From Telmatocola sphagniphila (lineage in GTDB: Bacteria > Planctomycetota > Planctomycetia > Gemmatales > Gemmataceae), in the NCBI RefSeq assembly GCF_018398935.1, contig NZ_CP074694.1, forward strand, positions 480,001 through 512,000: a DNA stretch of 32,000 nucleotides, in the 5' to 3' direction. This document shows, piece after piece, positions 26,125 through 32,000 of this stretch (positions within the stretch are counted from its first letter, which is position 1; every line of letters starts with the position of its first letter). The notes under the pieces were generated by a model. The model saw nothing but the letters and a program-made list of their open reading frames with translations. It ran no database searches and was not told the DNA's origin. A program made the translations under genes and the position numbers.

Positions 26125-27957
26125 TTAGAGCTTGCCGGCGTCCAGATCGTCCGGCTTGGTGCCACTCAAAGAAGCTTTGACCACCGTATTCATCAACTGC
26201 TCGGCCAGGGGAAGCGTAGCTTCACCAAAAGCATTCAGGGCCGTCTGTAACTTACTGGCGTCAGAAACCGTCATCGCCTGAGTCAGAACTCCCCGGGCCT
26301 CTTCAATTCGTCGGCGTTGCTCTTCGGACAGGTGCAATCCCGTTTGGGCTAGTGCTTTCTCCGTGTGGCGAATGTCCGCATCGGCCTTGTTTTTGAGCTC
26401 GATGAAACGACGCATGTTGAAATCTTCCTGGGCATATTCCACGCTCGCCAGGACTAATTTCTCCACTTCATCACTCGAAAGACCATGTTTGGCCTGCACG
26501 GTGACGCTGGCCTGCTGGCCGCTCCGGTTCTCCCGGGCGCTGACGGTTAGCATGCCATTGGCATCGACCTGAAAAGTGACATCGACTTGAGCCATTTGGG
26601 CGGGCATCGGCGGAATGCCGCCGAGTTTGAACTTGCCCAGCAGTCGGCAATCTTTAGTCAACTCCCGCTCACCCTGATAGATGTTGACGATGATGGCGGT
26701 CTGGTTGTCGACGTAGGTCGTGTAACGAGTGGTGGCCTGGCAGGGCACGGTCGAATTGCGGTGGATGATCTTATCCACTACGCCACCGAGCGTTTCGATC
26801 CCCAGGGACAAGGGGACCACGTCTAACAGAAGCAGATCGCGACTGCCGCCGGCCAGAATATCGGCCTGTACTGCCGCACCGAGAGCGACGACTTCGTCCG
26901 GGTTCAGTTCAATGTGCGGCTTCTTGTGGAAGAAAGATTCCACTTTTTCGCGAACTATCGGCAACCGGCTCGAACCGCCGACGAGAACGACTTCATCGAT
27001 TTCAGTCGTCGTCAACTCTGCGTCGCGGAGAGCCGAGCGACACTTGGCCAGTGTGCGTTCAACCAGAGGAGTGACCCATTTCTCAAAATCGGCGCGCGTG
27101 ATCTTGTACTGCAGATCGATGCTTTCTTCGGGCAGCTTGAGAACCAGCACCGCCTCTTTCTTGTTCGAAAGTTCGATCTTGGCTTTTTCCGCGGCCGATT
27201 TGAAGGCTTGCAGCAGGGTGGGCCGTTTAGTGGCGAGGTCGATATTTGCCTGACGAGCCACTTCCCGCATGATGGTCCGGTCGAAATCGTCACCGCCGAG
27301 GAAGGTGTCCCCGTTCGTGGAAAGGACCTTGAATACACCGTTGTCGAGCGAGAGGATGGAACAGTCGAAAGTGCCACCTCCCAGATCGTAGATGGCGATT
27401 TTTGCCCGGTTTTTCTTGTCGAGACCATAGGCGAGGGCGGCCGCCGTCGGTTCGTTGACTATACGCAGCACGTCTAAGCCGGCAATGCGCCCGGCATCGC
27501 GCGTCGCCTGTCGTTGGCTATCATCGAAATAGGCCGGGACGGTAATGACCGCCTTGGTGGGATTGCCGGCTCGCTGGCGAACTTCCCGAAGGATCATCGC
27601 GGAAAGCTCCACCGGAGTGTATTCTTTGTCCCCAATGAGGACATGCAACACCTTACGGCCGCCGTCGAGTTCCCGTTCCACAATCTGGTGGGGAATCAGT
27701 TCGAGTTCCTGTTTCAGTTCATCGAGGTTCCGCCCCATCAGTCTCTTGACGCTGAAGATGGTATGTTCGGGATCTTCAAGGGCACGCGCTTTGGCTTCGG
27801 GCCCGACGAGGACCGAACCGTCCGAGTGAAAGGAGATTGCACTGGGAACCAGGGCGATACCGGCGGCATCTCGGACCACTTCGGGTCGGCCGGCTCGCAT
27901 GTAAGCGGCCAGGGAATAGGTGGTACCGAGATCAATGCCAACGACTGAGAAATTCAT
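26125..27957 (-). CDS. hscA: Fe-S cluster assembly Hsp70 chaperone HscA
   Basis: Hsp70 blocks are present ([48 protein letters not shown]). The length of 610 aa and the isc-operon context favour HscA over DnaK. The start is set at the ATG at 27957, because the longer ORF runs through the tRNA gene. Confidence 0.9.
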   Translation of the reverse strand: MNFSVVGIDLGTTYSLAAYMRAGRPEVVRDAAGIALVPSAISFHSDGSVLVGPEAKARALEDPEHTIFSVKRLMGRNLDELKQELELIPHQIVERELDGGRKVLHVLIGDKEYTPVELSAMILREVRQRAGNPTKAVITVPAYFDDSQRQATRDAGRIAGLDVLRIVNEPTAAALAYGLDKKNRAKIAIYDLGGGTFDCSILSLDNGVFKVLSTNGDTFLGGDDFDRTIMREVARQANIDLATKRPTLLQAFKSAAEKAKIELSNKKEAVLVLKLPEESIDLQYKITRADFEKWVTPLVERTLAKCRSALRDAELTTTEIDEVVLVGGSSRLPIVREKVESFFHKKPHIELNPDEVVALGAAVQADILAGGSRDLLLLDVVPLSLGIETLGGVVDKIIHRNSTVPCQATTRYTTYVDNQTAIIVNIYQGERELTKDCRLLGKFKLGGIPPMPAQMAQVDVTFQVDANGMLTVSARENRSGQQASVTVQAKHGLSSDEVEKLVLASVEYAQEDFNMRRFIELKNKADADIRHTEKALAQTGLHLSEEQRRRIEEARGVLTQAMTVSDASKLQTALNAFGEATLPLAEQLMNTVVKASLSGTKPDDLDAGKL

Positions 27958-27969
27958 GGAAGCTACAGG

Positions 27970-28002
27970 AAAAAAAAGACCTGTCGAGGGGAATCGACAG
28001 GT
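27970..28002 (-). terminator. Rho-independent terminator downstream of tRNA-Val and immediately upstream of hscA
   Basis: The minus strand reads ACCTGTCGA-TTCCCC-TCGACAGGT, a perfect 9-bp stem with a 6-nt loop, followed by C and then T x8. It starts 13 nt after the tRNA 3' end. The T-tract ends 12 nt before the hscA ATG. Confidence 0.6.
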
Positions 28003-28015
28003 TCTTGATTGAGAC

Positions 28016-28087
28016 TGGGCGCTAAGGGATTCGAACCCCTGACCCACGCGGTGTAAACACGTCGCTCTACCACTGAGCTAAGCGCCC
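28016..28087 (-). tRNA. tRNA-Val (anticodon UAC)
   Basis: I folded a full 72-nt cloverleaf by hand. The acceptor stem is GGGCGCT/AGCGCCC, the D stem GCTC/GAGC, and the anticodon stem ACGTG/CGCGT. The anticodon loop is TT-TAC-AC, the variable loop has 5 nt, and the T arm is AGGGG-TTCGAAT-CCCTT. The discriminator is A, and CCA is not encoded. Confidence 0.9.
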
Positions 28088-28096
28088 GAAATACCA

Positions 28097-28124
28097 ATTA
28101 AATGTCTCGCAGGTCGCGAATCAA
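28097..28124 (-). promoter_or_regulatory. Candidate sigma70-type promoter for tRNA-Val embedded in the 3' end of hscB
   Basis: The minus strand reads TTGATT-N16-TTTAAT, with the -10 element ending 9 nt before the mature tRNA 5' end. The hscB TAA stop lies inside the -10 hexamer. This is a hexamer match only. Promoter rules for this lineage are assumed, not known. Confidence 0.3.
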
Positions 28125-28610
28125 GCCCTGAACGTATTTCAAGGCATTTAATTTTTGCCGGATCGTCCGGAGGTGGTCTCCCACGGACGATTCACCAAAC
28201 AATTTTCCGACCTCCTGAAGCATCTTTTTTTTACGCTGCAAAAGGTCATTTTCAAGCTGATCCAGCCCCGCCTGATCTTTCAGATCCTTCAATTCTTCCA
28301 GTTGCATGCGAAGTTCCAATGTTTCAGAAAGGAACTCCTGCGGCATCTCCTTGACCTCGGAAACGGGAGGACCGCCTAGCCGGGTGAGTAAGTACTCCGC
28401 CCGGCTGAAAGGTTCCTTCAGAATCCGATAAGCTTCATTGAGTCGGGAAGCGATTTGCAGGCTGGTCTGCTGATCGAGAGAAGAACTATTCTGGTGATAA
28501 TCGGGATGGTTATCCCGGCTTCGGCGAAGATAGTTGGCTTCGACATCCTGCAAGTTCAAATCGAACTGCCGGGGAAGTCCGAGCAGTTCGAAGTAGTCGA
28601 TATCATTCAT
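28098..28610 (-). CDS. hscB: Fe-S cluster co-chaperone HscB (J-domain protein)
   Basis: The ORF is collinear with E. coli HscB: DYFELLGLP....HPD motif (NHPDY), then RAEYLL, then a C-terminal helical bundle. I chose the ATG at 28610, which overlaps the iscA stop as TAATG. Confidence 0.85.
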   Translation of the reverse strand: MNDIDYFELLGLPRQFDLNLQDVEANYLRRSRDNHPDYHQNSSSLDQQTSLQIASRLNEAYRILKEPFSRAEYLLTRLGGPPVSEVKEMPQEFLSETLELRMQLEELKDLKDQAGLDQLENDLLQRKKKMLQEVGKLFGESSVGDHLRTIRQKLNALKYVQGLIRDLRDI

Positions 28611-29011
28611 TACATTGAGAACGAGCTGCCGCAACCGCAAGTACTCTTGGCGGTGGGATTGCTGACGCTGAAGCCTCGTTTGTTCAGATCGTCATGGAAG
28701 TCGACGACCACGCCGTTGAGGTACAGCATGGATCGCTTGTCAACGACCACACCAATACCGTGAATTTCGAACACTTCATCGAGCTTTTCATTGACGGTCG
28801 GGTCGAGGTCCAGCTTGTGCTGGAAACCCGAGCAACCCCCGCCGACGACTCGCATGCGAAGGTACAGGTTTTCGGCCACGCCGGCGGCTTTCTGCTCGGC
28901 GATAATCCGACGAACTTCGCTGGCGGCCTTTTCGGAAATATTCAGTTGAACCGCGGGAGCTGCGGGAGCTTTCGCGTTGGTGTTAACTTCGAGTTCGGCT
29001 GTAGCGGACAT
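28610..29011 (-). CDS. iscA: Iron-sulfur cluster insertion protein IscA/ErpA (HesB family)
   Basis: The HesB fold blocks are LRMRVVGGGCSGF and the C-terminal CGCGSSF, which supply the three cluster-ligand cysteines. Confidence 0.88.
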   Translation of the reverse strand: MSATAELEVNTNAKAPAAPAVQLNISEKAASEVRRIIAEQKAAGVAENLYLRMRVVGGGCSGFQHKLDLDPTVNEKLDEVFEIHGIGVVVDKRSMLYLNGVVVDFHDDLNKRGFSVSNPTAKSTCGCGSSFSM

Positions 29012-29046
29012 AATCGATTCTCCAATTTAAGACTTCGATAAGGATA

Positions 29047-29463
29047 TTACTTGGCAGCAACCAGTTCGGATGCTTCCACGTTGGTTTGCTTTTCCTGAAA
29101 GTTCTTGATCGCAGCCTTGATTGCATCTTCGGCCAGGACGGAGCAGTGAACTTTCACCGGGGGCAGGGCCAGTTCTTCGACGATTTCGGTGTTGCGGATG
29201 CTCAGGGCCTGATCGACCGTTTTGCCCTTGAGCCATTCGGTAGCCAGGCTGCTGGACGCAATGGCGGAACCGCAGCCGAAGGTTTTAAACTTGGCATCTT
29301 CAATCACCCCGGTGGCGGGATTGACTTTGATTTGCAGTTTCATCACGTCGCCGCATTCCGGTGCCCCGACCAGGCCCGTTCCCACATTGGGATCGGTCTG
29401 GCTCAAGCTGCCGACGTTGCGCGGATTATTGTAATGTTCCAGAATCTGTGCACTATATGGCAT
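29047..29463 (-). CDS. iscU: Fe-S cluster scaffold IscU
   Basis: The ORF is near-collinear with E. coli IscU: HYNNPRNVG, GAPECGDVMKLQIKV, FKTFGCGSAIASSS, and LPPVKVHCSVLAEDAIKAA, which contains the LPPVK HscA-recognition motif. Confidence 0.95.
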   Translation of the reverse strand: MPYSAQILEHYNNPRNVGSLSQTDPNVGTGLVGAPECGDVMKLQIKVNPATGVIEDAKFKTFGCGSAIASSSLATEWLKGKTVDQALSIRNTEIVEELALPPVKVHCSVLAEDAIKAAIKNFQEKQTNVEASELVAAK

Positions 29464-29499
29464 TGTTTAAACCCTTTCTCTCGCGATCTTCAATTCCGT

Positions 29500-30714
29500 T
29501 TAGTGAGCGCTCCATTGAACCGACTTCAAGTCGATCCCGGCCTGGGCCATTTCGAACAGAGGAGACATCTCACGCAGGCGATTCACTTCCTTGACGACCA
29601 GATTGACCACGTAATCGACTTCTTCTTCGGTCGTGAATCGGCCAATTCCAAAGCGGATGCTGGAGTGAGCGAGCTCGTCTCCGACACCCAGAGCTTTCAG
29701 CACATAGCTGGGTTCGAGGCTGGCGCTGGTGCAGGCCGAGCCGGAAGAAACCGCCACATCCTTAATACCCATCATCAGCCCTTCGCCTTCCACGTAGGCG
29801 AAGCTAATGTTGGCGTTGCCGGGCAAGCGTTCCTCCGGATGGCCGTTCAGAAAACTTTCCGGAAGTTTATCCATGATTCCCTTGCGGAGCTTCTCGCGAA
29901 GGCGGAAAACTCGCTTGGATTCTTCGGCCATTTCCTTGTTCGCAATCTGGCAGGCCATACCCAGTCCCGCTATCGAAGGCACGGCCAGCGTGCCCGATCG
30001 CATTCCGCGTTCGTGGCCGCCGCCGTCCATCTGAGCTTCCAGACGAACGCGAGGATCTTTCTTACGAACGTAGAGGGCACCGATGCCTTTAGGGCCATAA
30101 ATTTTGTGAGCGGTCAGGCTCAGAAGGTCGATGCCCATGTCTTCCACATCGACGGGGATCTTGCCCACGGCCTGCACGGCGTCTGTGTGGAATAAAACGC
30201 CTTTTTCCTTGCACAATTTCCCGATCGATTTGATCGGATGCAGAGTGCCGATTTCGTTGTTGGCCGCCATGACACTGACCAGAATCGTCTTGTCGGTCAT
30301 CGCTTCGCGGATCTGATCGGCCGAAACTCGCCCGTAGCTGTCGACGTCGAGAACGGTGACCTGGAAACCTTCGCGTTCCAGCCGCTTGCAGGGATCCAGC
30401 ACGGCTTTGTGCTCGGTGACAACCGTGATGATATGGTTGCCTTTTTTCTTGTACATTTGAGCAACACCCTTGATGGCCAGGTTGTTGCTTTCGGTGGCAC
30501 CGCTGGTGAAGATGATTTCCTTGCCCGAGGCATTAATCAGATCGGCGATCTGATTGCGAGCTTCTTCAACGGCTTCTTCGGCTTCCCAACCGTAGGCGTG
30601 GTTGCGGCTGGCCGCGTTGCCATATTTTTCGGTGAAAAAGGGCAGCATGACATCGACGACTCGGGGATCAACCCGAGTGGTCGAATTATTGTCCATGTAA
30701 ATCGGCAATTTCAT
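29500..30714 (-). CDS. iscS: Cysteine desulfurase IscS
   Basis: Blocks are [19 protein letters not shown], the PLP-Lys region [12 protein letters not shown], and the active-site loop SSGSACTS. The length is 404 aa. Confidence 0.95.
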   Translation of the reverse strand: MKLPIYMDNNSTTRVDPRVVDVMLPFFTEKYGNAASRNHAYGWEAEEAVEEARNQIADLINASGKEIIFTSGATESNNLAIKGVAQMYKKKGNHIITVVTEHKAVLDPCKRLEREGFQVTVLDVDSYGRVSADQIREAMTDKTILVSVMAANNEIGTLHPIKSIGKLCKEKGVLFHTDAVQAVGKIPVDVEDMGIDLLSLTAHKIYGPKGIGALYVRKKDPRVRLEAQMDGGGHERGMRSGTLAVPSIAGLGMACQIANKEMAEESKRVFRLREKLRKGIMDKLPESFLNGHPEERLPGNANISFAYVEGEGLMMGIKDVAVSSGSACTSASLEPSYVLKALGVGDELAHSSIRFGIGRFTTEEEVDYVVNLVVKEVNRLREMSPLFEMAQAGIDLKSVQWSAH

Positions 30715-30749
30715 CTCGACACTTCCCCATTCAGACCGAGGAGGGCAAC

Positions 30750-31232
30750 CTACGATATACTTCCAGAATTCAGAGAATCTTTCACTGTCAGAACGGTCTG
30801 CAGAGTTTGCATATTCATTCGAGGCTGTATTAAATCCGCCAAGGTCACCCGTTCTAAAACTTCCAGAAGCCGCCGGTGCAGATCCTGTATCGGCAACTTG
30901 ATCGGACAGGTGCCGAGCATCGTACAGTCTTCGTGATTCTCTTCGTGTTCCAGCCCCGCACAGGAGGCCAGTTGGAACCCTTCTTCCAGATTCTGAAGGA
31001 TCTCTTTAATGGTGATGCTGCCGGCCGAGCGAGTCAGGACGTAACCGCCTTTGACGCCGCGATGGCTGGCAACGAATCCCCGTTGGCAGAGTTCTTTCAG
31101 GATATTCGCCACGAAAGGCCGGCTGAGATGGTACTCATCGGCGATTTCGCGAGCACTTGCACCAGTTCCATGGTTGTGCAAGTAGACTAGGATCAGGAGC
31201 GCGTAGTCGGTCTTTTTACTTAAAAGAGCCAT
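30750..31232 (-). CDS. iscR: Rrf2-family transcriptional regulator (IscR-like)
   Basis: The N-terminal winged-helix pattern is [15 protein letters not shown]....[15 protein letters not shown]. Three clustered Cys are present, and the gene sits at the head of the isc operon. The ATG at 31232 is preceded by GGAGAT. The TTG at 31244 is the ORF-track start. Confidence 0.85.
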   Translation of the reverse strand: MALLSKKTDYALLILVYLHNHGTGASAREIADEYHLSRPFVANILKELCQRGFVASHRGVKGGYVLTRSAGSITIKEILQNLEEGFQLASCAGLEHEENHEDCTMLGTCPIKLPIQDLHRRLLEVLERVTLADLIQPRMNMQTLQTVLTVKDSLNSGSIS

Positions 31233-31336
31233 GGCGATCTCCAAATAGCACTAAATCTATTCTAAATGTATGCAGGGCTCGAACAGGAGTCCAGTACATT
31301 ACTGTTAAGCTATGAAAAACTGTTGAAGTAAATACT
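31233..31336 (-). promoter_or_regulatory. Promoter/operator region of iscR (position inferred)
   Basis: This AT-rich spacer lies between the upstream terminator and the iscR start. It contains a TAGAAT -10-like hexamer on the minus strand (31264..31259). No convincing -35 element or IscR box could be established by eye. Confidence 0.35.
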
Positions 31337-31380
31337 AAAAAAAGAAGGGCGGTTGCAGTGGTGAGGTACTGCAACCGCCC
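31337..31380 (-). terminator. Rho-independent terminator of the upstream Gly-rich protein gene
   Basis: A perfect 12-bp stem, GGGCGGTTGCAG / CTGCAACCGCCC, with a 10-nt loop lies 45 nt after the stop. On the minus strand it is followed by TTCTTTTTTT. Confidence 0.7.
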
Positions 31381-31424
31381 GAAAGCGAATTTGGCCAGAA
31401 AACGGAGAGATTACTGGTCAAAAA

Positions 31425-32000
31425 TTAGTCATCTTTTCGTCGTGGAGCGGGGTATTTCACTTCGAACGGTTCGCCGGTCATTTTCTTCCAGGCGGCCTTC
31501 TGTTCGGGGGTGAGAATGGCGTTCACTTTTTCGACGTATTCCTTGACGAGGGCATCGAGCTTCTTGCGGGTTTCGGGATCCATGCCGAAGCCACCGAAAC
31601 CGCCACCGCCCTTACCGAAGCCACCGCCGCCTTTTCCACCGTTTCCTCGGTTGCCGCCTTTGTTGCCACCGCCACCGCCGCTGCCGCCCATCATTTCGCG
31701 ACGATCTTTACCGAATTCTTCGGCGAGGCTGGTGATCTTGGTTTTCTGCTCATCGTTGATGGTCAGTTGTTTGGAGACGTCTTCCGAAACGAAAACGGTC
31801 GGTCCCATCATGCGGACTTGTTCCTGAAGGCCGATCTGTTTCAGGCGGGACTGCTGTTCGGTTTTCAGAACTTCGTTGATCTTCTTTTCAACGGGATCAT
31901 TGAGTTCCTTCATCATTTCGGCCATTTTTTTGGCCCGTTCTTCCTGGGGCAGCTCTTTGAGCTCGGCCATCTTGCCGAACATTTCTTTACGCTGTTCCTG
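31425..32000 (-). CDS. Gly-rich periplasmic-type protein with LTXXQ-like repeats (Spy/CpxP-like), 5'-truncated by the window edge
   Basis: The reading frame is open to position 32000. Repeated LxxEQ/LTxEQ motifs are present (LKTEQQSRL, LTINDEQKTKI, LTPEQKAAWKKM). They flank a 35-aa G/K/N/F low-complexity block. Confidence 0.6.
   Translation of the reverse strand, partial: QEQRKEMFGKMAELKELPQEERAKKMAEMMKELNDPVEKKINEVLKTEQQSRLKQIGLQEQVRMMGPTVFVSEDVSKQLTINDEQKTKITSLAEEFGKDRREMMGGSGGGGGNKGGNRGNGGKGGGGFGKGGGGFGGFGMDPETRKKLDALVKEYVEKVNAILTPEQKAAWKKMTGEPFEVKYPAPRRKDD
31584..31688 (-). repeat. Coding low-complexity Gly-rich tract (GGN/GGK/GGF units)
   Basis: The plus strand shows reiterated CCACCGCC / GCCACCG units. 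These encode GGSGGGGGNKGGNRGNGGKGGGGFGKGGGGFGGFG. Confidence 0.6.

Noticed and set aside
27958-28047. The N-terminal 30-aa extension of the hscA ORF (the track start is at 28047).
   Set aside because: The extension reads straight through the terminator hairpin and into the tRNA-Val gene. The Hsp70 N-terminus ([13 protein letters not shown]) begins at the ATG at 27957.
29086-30195. A 369-aa ORF on the plus strand.
   Set aside because: It is antisense to iscU and iscS, which match their families almost residue for residue. It has no motifs and a shadow-ORF composition.
31251-31304. Candidate IscR operators upstream of iscR: direct CTAAAT repeats at 31251 and 31262, and the palindrome CAGTA-N3-TACTG at 31292-31304.
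   Set aside because: The arms are too short to be statistically meaningful. They do not resemble the E. coli type-1 or type-2 IscR site well enough to call.
31584-31688. Reiterated CCACCGCC units, which look superficially like a tandem repeat or array.
   Set aside because: The tract is in frame within a coding sequence and translates to a Gly-rich low-complexity block. There is no spacer/repeat periodicity, so it is not a CRISPR array or minisatellite.
1-32000. A search for mobile elements, integrases next to the tRNA, CRISPR arrays, toxin-antitoxin pairs or defence islands.
   Set aside because: No ORF shows transposase, integrase, recombinase, nuclease-helicase defence or small TA-pair features. 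No direct repeats flank the tRNA-Val. The window reads as core housekeeping genome.

Overview
This 32 kb window is a densely packed, moderately GC-rich stretch of bacterial chromosome. It consists almost entirely of conserved housekeeping genes in long co-directional arrays with very short or overlapping junctions. I found no transposase, integrase, phage gene, CRISPR array or recognisable defence or toxin module, so it reads as core genome rather than an accessory island.

Confident calls, in order:
- aat, gyrA, an SDR epimerase, comM/yifB
- a Dpm1-like GT2 glycosyltransferase, dnaE, miaA
- a GT-C (GT39/PMT-like) membrane glycosyltransferase
- a four-gene operon: HAD hydrolase, unknown protein, HldE-domain-I-like kinase, crcB
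- recO, folP, proA
- an ISC iron-sulfur cluster operon: iscR-iscS-iscU-iscA-hscB-[tRNA-Val]-hscA

Several lineage-flavoured proteins suggest a Planctomycetota-like organism, though this is inference only. They are two FHA-domain proteins, a double zinc-ribbon membrane protein, a BamD-like TPR lipoprotein, an LptE-like lipoprotein, a membrane-anchored HEAT-like protein and a Gly-rich LTXXQ-type periplasmic protein.

I cannot point to a clearly novel multi-gene system. Two loci are most worth a second look:
1. A tRNA-Val(UAC) sits on the same strand between hscB and hscA. It has sigma70-like hexamers upstream and a textbook intrinsic terminator ending 12 nt before the hscA start codon, so it splits the isc operon.
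2. The translationally coupled HAD / deoxyhypusine-synthase-like unknown / heptose-kinase-like / CrcB operon is divergent from a GT-C glycosyltransferase. It does not match the canonical ADP-heptose pathway.

Other observations are architectural: four convergent gene junctions of 7 bp or less, and inverted repeats in divergent promoter regions. The remainder are single-protein oddities.

All functional calls come from reading motifs in the supplied translations. No database search was run.
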